A stretch of DNA of 64,000 nucleotides from Owenia fusiformis (Eukaryota). Every line of letters begins with the position of its first letter. The stretch's first letter is position 1. The DNA is taken from assembly GCA_903813345.2 (NCBI GenBank), contig CAIIXF020000001.1, positions 6,200,001 to 6,264,000 on the forward strand, written 5' to 3'. A model generated the notes under the pieces. It searched no databases, was not told where the DNA came from, and was given only the letters and a program-made list of their open reading frames with translations. Positions 24,431-36,132 of the stretch are shown in pieces. The position numbers and the translations under genes were made by a program.

Positions 24431-25526
24431 CAGGGTGGTCCAAAAAAAATTGGAACATTTGATAATTGAACTCAAAATCTCTATATTTTCTCTAAAATGC
24501 ACCAAAATTTTACTGAGTATTGTTCAATCACTTATTTATCTGATGTAAAGTTTATAGGTGCAAACAACAAAGTTAATGCATTAAACTAGAGAATGGATGA
24601 TATGACCCCTTTTCTCCTGAATTACAAGTTGAAGCCTGGGACTCAGTTTTGAAATGATTCATTCACTTTGCCGTTCGTTTGATTTTGTCCAAGCCAGCTT
24701 GATTAAAAGTTCAGCTTGAACAAACTACTTATATGTTTGCCTTGGAAGATCAAATATAGGAACATATTCAACATTTTTTTTATCCAAATTGATGGGTATC
24801 AAGCATATTTTGATGGCTATTGTAGGATATATTACTGATTGAATATTCTCCAGAAAGAGACCAGGGCAGTCTGTTTTTACTGGTAAATGAACCCCCTCCC
24901 CTTTCTTGTTCTAATATGAATAATATTCATTGAATATAACAATATATGTATATCAATATCATAAAGGAGTTTCCCAGAACACAAATGACATATTATATTA
25001 TGTGTGCTTAGAGGTGGTCTTTAATAAAGCCTTGTAAATAACTAGTCAGTTTCCCCTCTACTGAAAAGTGGAAACATTTGTCAGTTTAGTAGCTGTACGG
25101 GTTATGCAATCACACACCTCTGACATGTTCTTTCTTTCCTACTCTTAAATAAAAATAATGATTTGGGGTATTTTTAAGCTGACAATAACACAATAGTTTT
25201 CCAGTAAACCATAGATGTTAATACCTCATGTCAACTAAATATGATTTTATAAAATGTGTATAGCAATCAATTGTTCATTAAAGCTTTGAAATAAGGAATA
25301 CTTGAAAAGGTAGCTTCGAAATTGACAAGTGTATATTTAAGAAAAGGGGGTCATATCAAACATTGACTAGTTTAATGCATTACCTTTGTGGTTTGCACCT
25401 ATAAACTTTACACCAGAGAGATAAGTGACTGAACTATGCTCAGTGATATTTTGGTGCATTTTAGAGGAAAAATAAAGGTTTTGTGTTCAATTAACAAATG
25501 TTCCAATTTTTTTTTGGACCACCCTG
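24431..25526. mobile_element. Tc1-type MITE
   Basis: TA|CAGGGTGGTCCAAAAAAAATTGGAACATTTG...CAAATGTTCCAATTTTTTTTTGGACCACCCTG|TA, TIRs of about 190 bp. Confidence 0.88.
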
Positions 25527-25538
25527 TATATATATATA

Positions 25539-25816
25539 AACAAGGCATTAACCTGACAAAATGTCACCACCTAGCTGCTCATAATGTTATGAGTTCAAAG
25601 TCAGATTTGAACTTCTGAGAACTTGAAGATGATTTTGGAAAAAATTGAAAAAATACCTTTTTGACCTTGAGAAGGTCATTGAAGGTCATTTTTTTAATCC
25701 TTGAGTATGTCATCGAGGGTCAAATCTATAGTCAGACTTGGACTTTTGAGAATTTATAGATGATTTTGAAGAGAATTTGGTCAATATGTCACCACTTGTT
25801 GGTGGTGACATAATAA
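25539..25816. mobile_element. Short HINE-like element (related fragment at about 33360-33450)
   Basis: aaatgtcaccacc near the left end, a terminal hairpin atgtcaccac-ttgttg-gtggtgacat, and tgaccttga/aaggtca motifs. Confidence 0.4.
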
Positions 25817-25951
25817 ATGACATAAATGGTGACTATTTTACAAACGACAATGATATTGCCATGTAAAATTGATGTCAAAAAGTGTTGTTCTTGCTGCTAA
25901 TTGATTGAGCACTTTTAGATTGTTCAGTGATGTAAATTGTAATTATGACGT

Positions 25952-26845
25952 GCACGGACCTGGGGACAATTCGGGAAATAAGGGCTAATCTCAGCTTTGA
26001 GCGTTAATCTCTGCCTTATTTAAAAAGCTAACTATGTGTTTTATATATCATTTTAAAGTATTATTTATTCGCATTTCAGTGAAATTATTTTTCCTTCAAA
26101 ATTTTGATGGGATCCAACATTTTTTTAAAGTTAAAAATATCCAGACATCGTCAAATACGCTGTAAGACGTAACACTTTACGCTTATAGGGCTCGTTGAAA
26201 TTGAGATAACTTTTGAAATAATGATCAAAATCCCACTAAAATTTCACAATTTATTCAATGGAACATATTCATTTATGACGTCACAATTGCTTAACGGCTC
26301 CCGCTCAAATTATCGTATATGAACGCTTTTAAAATTTTCAAAATTGTGTAAGGTTTTGAAGGCGAATGGGACGAGCAATAAGTTTACCTTTATTTAACCT
26401 TCTAATTTAAGTCTGATTTGAAAGAAAAATTAACTGCACAATATTGTTATGGCGAAATTTACAAAACAATAATCAGTTTGTTTATTTTGCAAATAATATT
26501 AAAATAAGAGCTAGTTTTCGAGACTTGAAAAAAATGTGACGCATCGATTTTTTACCACAAATTCCATACATATCAATTTTTACCAACGCCCCGAGTGGAT
26601 TTCTTGACCGTTTTTCAAAATTCAAAAACATTTTAGAAATATTGTCCTCGAGATCTTGCTACCCTGTGAATTTCGTCATGATTAGATAAGGATAAAGTAT
26701 TTTATTTTTAGGTTGACTAAACTTGAAAAAAATTGTGACGCTTGTCGTTTTTGACGTTGTAAGGCTGTTTGCGCCCTATGCTGCTCATTGTTTTGTCTTA
26801 GTTTTTGACGCCATAATGTTACGCTAATTGTCCCCAGTTTCGTGC
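25952..26845. mobile_element. TIR element with a 5-bp TSD (GACGT), possibly Transib-related
   Basis: GACGT|GCACGGACCTGGGGACAATT...AATTGTCCCCAGTTTCGTGC|GACGT. Confidence 0.75.
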
Positions 26846-28352
26846 GACGTGTAAATGCATATGTGTTATACGTATAATTTGTACTTTTGTTTTATTGATA
26901 GTTCGCTTTATTGGATCAATTTTAATGAAAATTGATTGTTTTTAAGAGACCAATAAACGAATAATTATTCGAAGCAATTTTACAGAATTCTAAATCCGCC
27001 ATTTTGTTTTCGATAGTTTCTATATCATTTGACCATGCAATCGGCGATGAGGGCCATCTCTAAATAAAGTCCATTGTAATTGAGCCCAGTCTTGAACTCT
27101 GGGGATTTCCTTCGTTGGATAAGTTGATGCATAAGACACCCCTGACATTTTATTAATTTGGCTTCACCTATCACAAGAATGCTAATGGTAATCGCCATAA
27201 TGGGGATACTATTTCACTTGATTGTTACTTATTGAATGACATTCGCGACTTAGATTATAGTATTGTTCTGAAAATTAACTATCCATTTGAGAACATTATC
27301 CTATTATGTTGATGTTTGAATGAAGTAACTCGAGAGATTATTATCTGCTGGGATGTGTTGAACCTTACTTTAATATCGCCAATCGTTCCCATTCATTTGC
27401 TTTTGATATTTTTATTCAATTCAATTCACCATTGCTATAAGTTTTGTTATTCAGTCCAATATTTCGTTCATATTTTCTGTCGTAAGACCTTACTTTATAT
27501 TCCTTTGATTCTAGTCGTTTTCACGCAGATGATATTTCGAAATTCCTACCGATACACAACAATTATTGCATACTCGTGATATTACGTTGGGGTTTGTTGC
27601 AATTTTAACACTTTGCACCATTTCATGCGAATTCCATGTTTGGAAATTCCTAAGAACACCTTTAGTAGAGGGTGGTCATTCATTTAATAAGTAATCTGAC
27701 TTAACATAAGAAAGAATAAGGCGTAATCGGGACCGTAAACCTTGACATACTACTTGCAACTCCAGCCGAGAACGTTAATGTATGTACGTAACTGTGTCTA
27801 CTATTCATCTGCATACTGCCATGTTTCAAATATCACGGATTATGCATCGGTAGCTGAATGACTTTTTCTGAAAAAATTAATACAGATATGTGTATTATAC
27901 TAATTTGGCCACTGTATGCTGTTATATAGGAACCGTATCATTTTTACAGCATCAATATTTCATTTCTACAATTTGAGTTAAGTTCCAGATAAAATCATTT
28001 TACAATTCGTTATGGCTTCAATGTGTGTAACGACATTATGAAATACAAGTCATTAGCTATTGAGTACGGGGAAATCATAAATTAATTGGCTTGCATGGAA
28101 GGAAGGTGCTCGTTCATGAATATTATCCAAGAGCTCAAGCAAAGTCAGGTATGTCTATTAATATTTTTATGTTCCATGACTAAAATGAAACAGTAAATGC
28201 AAGTTTATGTACTGTGTTTCAGTTAATACTTATTAAATATCTTTGTGAGATTAACATTTCCATTAGTTTGATGAACGTCTCATCGATGGTGAAAGACGGA
28301 AATGATATTTCAATTAACTTGTATGGCATTACATGTCCGTCCCTAGGGAACC

Positions 28353-28425
28353 CTTTGCATTCGTTTGACTTCACTTCTTAAAAGAGAGCTCCGTTTTCCA
28401 TAACTAGACTCTGCGCGCAGGGTAC
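28353..28425. repeat. Short interspersed repeat of about 70 bp; other copies at about 57037-57115 and 58457-58495
   Basis: Shared ctttgcattcgtt(t/c)gacttca(c/t)ttcttaaaagagagct...taactagac(t/a)ctg(c/t)gcgcagggta. Confidence 0.6.
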
Positions 28426-29492
28426 CCCTTGGGGTAATACAGGGCGTCCACAAAAGGGTATACCAAACTTCAAAACCAAATTACCAGAATCCTGAGCAAT
28501 TCTTTAAAAATACAAAGGTAGCAGTGAAAAGCCTGATTTGTGTTCTATCAAATGGTACCTAGATCATTATGTAACTGTCATGTACGACTGAGCAATCATG
28601 ACCATTATCCGAGGTGGTGAAATAAGCACTGTGCCAAGTTATCTTTCTGTGTGGCAATTAGCTTAGTATTCTTTTTCTGTTAAATTATGTAAGAGAACAG
28701 GCCTTTCATACTGAACTGGACTGGTGACTGAGTAACTCTCTTGTGAAAAAATGGCATTTGTAGGCCTGAAAAATGGTTCAACTGACACCTGTTGAGCAGT
28801 AAAGCCAACAAAAAGTCCTAAAAAGGCAAATGAAATAAACTATTTGCCTCACATGCGTATTTTCAACATTTTATGGCAAAATAAAGATTTACTAGTGAAC
28901 TTTATAGTATTTCCAATGGATTGACAAGTACTTTATCTTTCATTAGACATCAAAAATAGCCCACACGGGCCACATCAAAGTTGTTTGCAGTACATGAGTC
29001 ATTAATTTCTATAGAGGTGTCACCATCTTTTAAATCAAGAGTACTTTAAAAACATGCACTTTGTAAAAATGTGCATGCACAACTTTAGATTTCTGAACTT
29101 CAAATGCTGTTTTCTACGTGAGTTATTTTTTTCTCGGTTCAATATTATTGCAAATCAAGCTTTGTATCATATTTGATTCAGTGTGTAACTAACATGTTTC
29201 AATGATTATTTTATCTTTTTCTTTCTAAATTAAGCATAATGGGCCTTTACTTTTAAAAATGGAGTCTAGCAATACTGTCCCACATGAATTTACTTGTTGA
29301 AACTCAATAAACTCGAGTTCTTCTGAGAAGATAAGGATTTTAGCAAGTGTGTTTTGACTTTTGATACAATTGACTTTAACCCTAGGAGTCCTCAGACAAA
29401 AAAGTTACACGAACGCCTAAGGGTGAGGTAAATCGTCATTAATAAAGCTAGGCTGTTCAAACTTCCCCAAATAAACTACGATATGATGTAAT

Positions 29493-31475
29493 CACTAGGG
29501 CAGAGCATTTGTACTGAAAGGAGCGTTTTCAGTACAAATATGTACTGAAAAATGTACTGAATTTTTAAGTATATTTTTCAGTATAAATATGTACTGAAAA
29601 ATATACTTAAAATTTCAGTGCAAATTTCAGTATAAATATATACTGAAAAATGTACTGAAATTTTAAGTACATTTTTCAGTATATATTTATACTGAAACAT
29701 ATACTGAATTTTAAGTGTGATTTTAAGTGCAAATATGTACTTACAAATATACTGAAATTTAAGTGTGATTTTAAGTGCAAATATGTACTGAAAAATATAC
29801 TGAAATTCAAGGGCATATTTAAGTGTAAATTTATACTGAAAAATATACTTAGATTTTGAATTACGACATCTTCCTGACTTTGACATCTATACCATGGATT
29901 TTGCTATACTCGAACAAATGAGGTTCTATGTTCATGTTATATATTTTAATTTTGATATCAATTAATTAATTTTCTCAAGCTGAATATGAGTGAAAATCTC
30001 ATGAAAAACTTATTTTTAAGACTGAGAAAATGTGTACCTTTAATGTTTTTGAATTTTAGAACTTAATAAGGTAGAATGTATCTAGAAACCTCAAAAGGTA
30101 TGGAATACACATGTTATGTACGATCAGTTTTAAATAAAGGGTTATCCCTCAGGAAATATGGGTATCCAAAACCTCCCAGTACATAACCCTTATATATGCA
30201 TTATATTTGATAGGTTTGATCGGGCTAAAAAGAAATTTATTGATGGAGAAAATGCAATCAGATATTATTACAGGATGCGTCTTAAATAATTAAATCCAAA
30301 AACATAACTTATTAAAAGGAAAACACTTGATTACAGTAAACCTAGCCTCTCCAGTTGGATTAGCGTCTGCTTTAAAGGATGTGTCTGAAGAAACTTTATT
30401 AATCCATTAACAAAACAAAATATTTTGACAAGGCAAAACAAACCTGATTACAGAGAGACTCTTTTAAGTCTGCTGTAAAGGAAGCATCCAAAATAATTTC
30501 ATAATGTAATAGCATTCCTGGGGTGGGGGGGGGTTCAGGGGTCCAAGCGAACCCCCCCCCCCCCCCCCCCCCGGCCAAAAATTCTTTTAAAATCATGGAC
30601 TTTTTCACCATTCTAAGAACTTTTTGAGTGATTTAGGCCGTTTTTAATAAATCCATAAACATAACTTCTAAAAAGGAAATCACTTGATTACAGTAAACCT
30701 AGCCTCTCCAGTTTGATTAGAGTCTGCTTTAAAGGATGTGTCTGAAGAAACTTTATTAATCCACTGACAAAACAAAATATTTTGACAAGGCAAAAAAAAC
30801 TGATTACAGAGAGACTCTTGTAAGTTTGGTTAAAGGCTGCTGTAAAGGAAGCATCCAAAATAATTTCATAATGTAATAGCATTCCTGTTGGGGGGGTTCC
30901 AGGGGTCCAAGCGAACCCCCCACCCCCCCCCCCCCCCCCACCCCCGGCCAAAAATTCTTTTAAAATCATGCACTTTTCACCATTCTAAGAACTTTTTGAG
31001 TGATTTAGAGTTTATAAAGTATGCCTTACATTTACGTTTTCTCTTATTTCCATTATTGGGCACAAATATTTCTCATTGCATATATTTATAGTTAAAATTA
31101 TCCTTAAATTTCAGTATATTTTTCAGTACATTTTTATACTGACTTTTGCACTTAAATTTCAGTACATTTTTCAGTATATATTTGTACTTAAATTTATCCT
31201 TAAATTTTCAGTGCATTTTTCAGTATATTTTTGCACTTAAATTTGTCCTTAAAATTCAGTACATTTTTCAGTACATATTTATACTTAAATTTGTACTTAA
31301 AATTCAGTATATTTTTCAGTACATGAATTTGTACTGAAAAATATACTGAAAAAAATTCAGTGCATTTTTCAGTACAAAAATATACTTAAATTTGTACTGA
31401 AACAAAACTAGTACATTTTTCAGTACATATTTGTACTGAAAACGCTCCTTTCAGTACAAATGCTCTGCCCTAGTG
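29493..31475. mobile_element. CACTA (EnSpm/CMC) non-autonomous element with subterminal repeats, innermost
   Basis: AAT|CACTAGGGCAGAGCATTTGTACTGAAAGGAGCG...CGCTCCTTTCAGTACAAATGCTCTGCCCTAGTG|AAT: perfect TIR of more than 60 bp, 3-bp TSD, and 350-400 bp of roughly 12-bp (gtactgaaaaat) subterminal repeats at each end. Confidence 0.9.
30290..31005. repeat. Tandem duplication (2 units of about 356 bp) inside the CACTA element
   Basis: cacttgattacagtaaacctagcc at about 30325 and 30681; each copy has a G-run/C-run hairpin. Confidence 0.85.
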
Positions 31476-32457
31476 AATAACCGTAACAGTTATCATGATG
31501 TAAGATTGCAGACAACACATGTGGACTGGAATTAGTGTATTATCCAGTTGGTGTCTCTTGGAGCTGATGATTGATTACAACATAACAAATTAATGATAAA
31601 TTATAAAACTAGGATGTTTCAACTTTCCCAAACATACTTCATTCAATTATCTACAACTTGGAGGAATAACTTTAACAACTATGACGATGTAAGATTTCTT
31701 TTTAAAGACAACAGTGGTAGAATTAGTGCTAGCATTTCCGATTTTGTCTTTTGGAGCTGATGATTACACCAATGTAACTATATCGTATAGGAGTGAGGTC
31801 CATGATTACACCATAATAAATTCTGCAGCTCCAGCTGCTGAAAATCCTAGCTGATGCCAATAAAAAGTTATGGGGAAAAACTTAACTGGAGGGTAGTCAT
31901 TTTGACCCCCCTTCCCCTTAGGGCTTCTAAGGTTAAAGTTGCATGTCGTAGAAGTTTCATTGTTGATCAAGAGGCTTTTGGGATTTAACTTCCCGACAGG
32001 GAGGTACCATAAAAAGTTGTTATGCAAAAAAATGTGAAGAACATGGTTGAATTTGAATATTAATAATTTTTTGAACACAAAAAAACACTCACTGTGTCAA
32101 TCCTACTTGAATACTAATCTGGCACAGTGCTGATTTTACCACCTTTCATAATGGTCATGAGTGCTCAGTCATCCACGACAGTTACATCGTGATCTAGGTA
32201 TCCTTTGATGGAGAATAAATCAGGCTTTTTACTGCTACCTTTGTGTTTTATAAAAATGCTCAGAATTCTAGTATCCTGGCTTTGAAGTTGGGTGTACCTT
32301 TTTTGTGGACACCCTGTACGTATAAATGGAGAATAATTATAAAACATAAAGTTAATACATTTCTGAAATGCCAGACGAAATACCGTTACACAATAACGAT
32401 CGATCTGTATACTAACCGTTTCATACATATGTTCATTTGGAAAGTGATATATACCTG

Positions 32458-33277
32458 TAGGGTGTCTCAGAAAATGTACCCAAAAGTATATCAACAGCAT
32501 AGACAAACCAATCGATATTTTCAGACATTTTTTGCATGGTCTTGTAGTAAAAACATATACGTTTTTTTTCCGTATACAAAGTTTTTAAATCATTTTTTCA
32601 TTTTTAATACTTTAACCCTTAACTTTTTACACCACATAATCAATGTAACCTCATATTTCGATGACAGTCTGCATCCTTACTACTTCATTGTTAATCACAT
32701 TTGATAATTTGGTGGTACGTTTTAATTTTTGTTCGGATGCTGGTCTTGTGTTGTTCTAGATCTCTTAGCTTGGGTTTAGCATAAAATGGTCCTTCAAATA
32801 GCCCCAGAGAAAAAAGTATGGGCCGTCAAATCTGGTGAATAGGGAGGTCCTCACAATGTCTTAGCCCCCTTATACAGAGAGCCCAAACGTTCAAGACACT
32901 GCATTGGTTGGGATTTTTTGTAGTATTTGTACATGTTGTGTGTAGAGGGGCTCTATCAGTTTGAGATTCGGATATCATTTGGCCATCGTCATCCTCAAAC
33001 ATCTTTCTCTGTTAGTATTTGAAGGCGTGTTTTAATGCCCATTCCAAGCAAAAAGACCAAGAGCAACTTAGGGGCAACGTCTAAAGAGAAATCCAAAACA
33101 TTCCACCAGAATTATTATAAAATGTGATGAACAATGTAGCAGTAAGGATACAGGCTGTCATCGAAATATGAGGTTACATTGAATATGTGGTGTAAAGGGT
33201 TAAAGCATCAAATAGGCAAGACTGAAATAAAAATGGTATGTTGATATACTTTTGGGTACATTTTTTGAGACACCCTA
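32458..33277. mobile_element. Tc1-derived palindromic element carrying transposase 3' remnants in both arms
   Basis: TAGGGTGTCTCAGAAAATGTACCCAAAAG / CTTTTGGGTACATTTTTTGAGACACCCTA termini; about 32615-32820 and 33005-33205 are inverted copies of a decayed Tc1 C-terminal coding region. Confidence 0.75.
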
Positions 33278-34495
33278 TATATTGGACATAACGCTTCTAT
33301 CAGCATATTTACCTCAATTCTAGAAAAATAAATCTCATGTCCACGCTAATTTGATATTAACACATTAACATAACAAAATGTCACCACCTACATGTCGTTG
33401 CTCACAATATCAAACTTGGAGATGATCTTAAAAATATTGGTCAATTTGAGGCAAGTTGAAAATTTTTCTATGGGATGAATACATGCCTGGTCATCTGACT
33501 GTTAGTGTCATAAATGGTGACTATCATGTTTAAGCTGTTTTCTTTCAAATTCTCTATAGATGCGGGTGTCTGAGCATTTTTTCCTGGCTTTGTACAAATT
33601 GTTACTTTATTAGTTTGCATGGCCAAACATTTGGAATCCAGAGTCGACTAAGTTTAGCCGAAATGTTTAAGTTTATCAAAAACGAAAGGTATTTTGGCCT
33701 ACTGTGCCTATGATATGCTATCTGGCAGCCGCATGCAATGATGGATACACCTCGCCATATTCACCATATATCGAATATATATATATGTTAAACAGTCATC
33801 AAGAGTAGACTGTACGCATACTATATCCTCTACGTTACAAGTGAAAATACATGACCATCACAATAAAATGATAGAATTCATAAATCATCTAATGAATACT
33901 TTGTATAACCGACACAGGTATTCATGAATATTAACATACGGCGACATTGACGTAATACGTATTCACACGAAAGGTTATTATCCCAGGTAACATTATTTAA
34001 TCAACTTAAAGAGAAGCGGTTCTCATAATGTGAGCAATGTATGGTAATAAGTTAAAGGGGTATGTCAGACTAGTGTTTAATTTAGCTCAGTAGTTGAGTT
34101 TGCACAGCTCTTCGTAAACGGGAAATTGAAATAGAATTCTTAATGCTCTATAGCTTATTAAAGAACACTAAAAAGGAATTTTAAGCAACAATAATACAAC
34201 TATAGGTTTATTGCACTAATGGAAACATTAAACCACACCATATCAAATCGGTAATACCATTGGGAACAATCTACTCGTGGTTTAATCTCTGATGAAGAAG
34301 AGTACCACACATTATCTACTCTGTTCAGCTGTATCGCAAATGCACATATATATGTATACGGCATTTGCATGTAAGCATTCAGCCTCAGAATATGTGCATG
34401 TTTCCTTAATCGCAATGGCTTTGCATCTTTTGTCATGATCAATGCGATTTGTGTGACCAAAAACGTTTCACGAAATAATCATATATCGGTATATA

Positions 34496-36132
34496 CGAGG
34501 GGTGATCAATAAGTAATGGACGTTTTTTACACCGATGTTTTTCATATACTAATCCCTTTGATTTTCTCACCAGTGATACATCATTCAATAATCTAGCTAT
34601 CAACTCTGATGATTTGAAAGCAAAACATGTAATAAATTTTGATATATCTTTATTTCCGTGAAGGAGGTATAGGTACCCCGGGACCGACATAACGTCACAC
34701 ATTCTGACGCTATTTTTGCTTGTTTAACAGTCATGCAATGCAGTTGAATGCAGGCTGAACAAAACTAACCATGATGGTCATGAATTACACCATTTTGATA
34801 TGCCATACTTTGAATATGCCATACTTTTGAATATTTTATCATCAAAATGCCACATTCATTCATCCTTGCTGCAAGGGTATTTTACAAGTATATACCCTTG
34901 CTTCTCTCTATTCAATTGTTGGGCTTGTGCAAACAAACTGGACATTAAACAATATTAGCCTACATCACATACCCTGAGAGAACTACTAGACACAGTGTAC
35001 AAGGGTAATTAAAATCCTGTTGAAGGGTCCACAAAGTTGTCTTTATACTATAGCAGTATGCCCTTACATATCTTATGACTTAGAAGTTTGTTATATGTAA
35101 CAAAAAATCATAGGATTTATACAAATATTAGCTTAAGAATAAAACATCATCCGTAGAACATTCTATATGTCCAAAATTAAAATATTTAACCATTTCACGG
35201 AAAACAAAAAGAATATTGCAGAAATAAGGTGGTTTGAAGAGACACAAATGGTAAGATTATTCATAAGTTTCAGGAAATGAGACATGTAATTGGACAATTT
35301 GCACAACGCATTCAGTTTGCGTTGACCACTAGGAAACTCAGGTTATATAAGGCCCCTAAAATGAAACTACCAGGGCTTGAGTGAAGGGCTGAATTTGAGC
35401 ATAAATGAAGTCCTTTGAAGAAGGATGACATTCATTTTACAGGGCCCTCTGCATAGGTTCCATCGAGTGCTAGCTACATGTACACATTTCCTCATCCTCT
35501 TAACCCAAGATTATGAGACAAGGCCGAATCCATTCTCTGACGTGGAAGCAGGATGCAGTGGCACAGCTTGTTTTGCTTCCTTTCTCTTTAGAAATTAGTA
35601 ATACTGGTATATAAATAAATAAGTCACATGTGAGCAGATCTGGACAAAATGGTGCATGGCCAAGGGCTCAGTTGAGGTCCAGGGATATTGTATTCTGAAC
35701 ATTTTGAGATCTTTGGTGCATTGTCCATATGGAGTAGGGTGCTCCTTTCTCTCACCAACCCCTTCTTCCACAATATTTTCTCATATTGACCTGCAAACCC
35801 CAACCATACAACACTTTGACATCAGAATACTATACTGTTTATGTGTTACCAGTCAGCAAAATATTTTCAAACAACACAACACAAATTGCATATCAAAAAA
35901 GTTCAAATCTAACTGAAATATGCCAGACTGGCTAATTAAAACTAAATATGTGACGTTAATGTCAGTCCCTTCATGTAAATAAGGATATATCAACATTCAT
36001 TACATATTTTGTCATCAAATCTTCAGAATTGATAGATAAATGAATGAACTATCACTGGTAAGAAAATCAAAGGGATTCTTCGATAAAAAGTATCTGTGTA
36101 AAAAGCGTCCATTACTTATTGATCACCCCTCG
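34496..36132 (-). mobile_element. Second copy of the mariner element at 3973-5055, inverted, with a nested insertion
   Basis: Same TIR with TA TSD; internal homology, e.g. ORF 35656-35916 CPYGVGCSFLSP versus ORF 4221-4430 CPYGVGCSLLSP. Confidence 0.9.
34861..35427. mobile_element. 567-bp insertion with short TIRs and a 9-bp TSD
   Basis: ACATTCATT|CATCCTTGCTGCAAGGG...CCTTTGAAGAAGGATG|ACATTCATT; absent from the sister copy, which has a single aatgaatgt at about 4698-4706. Confidence 0.8.

Larger units (their letters stand above)
29380..31932. mobile_element. piggyBac-type non-autonomous element, middle of the nest
   Basis: TTAA|CCCTAGGAGTCCT...AGGGCTTCTAAGG|TTAA: TTAA TSD with imperfect CCCT/AGGG termini. 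Confidence 0.6.
28440..32316. mobile_element. Tc1-type MITE, outer shell of a triple nest
   Basis: TA|CAGGGCGTCCACAAAAGGGTATACC...GGTGTACCTTTTTTGTGGACACCCTG|TA, TIRs of about 195 bp. Confidence 0.85.

Noticed and set aside
29578-31337. ORFs with repeated FQYIF motifs (29578-29886, 31146-31337) and poly-Gly ORFs
   Set aside because: Translations of CACTA subterminal 12-mers and C-runs
32165-32704. 113-aa and 153-aa ORFs
   Set aside because: They span MITE termini, have low-complexity AT-driven composition and show no motifs
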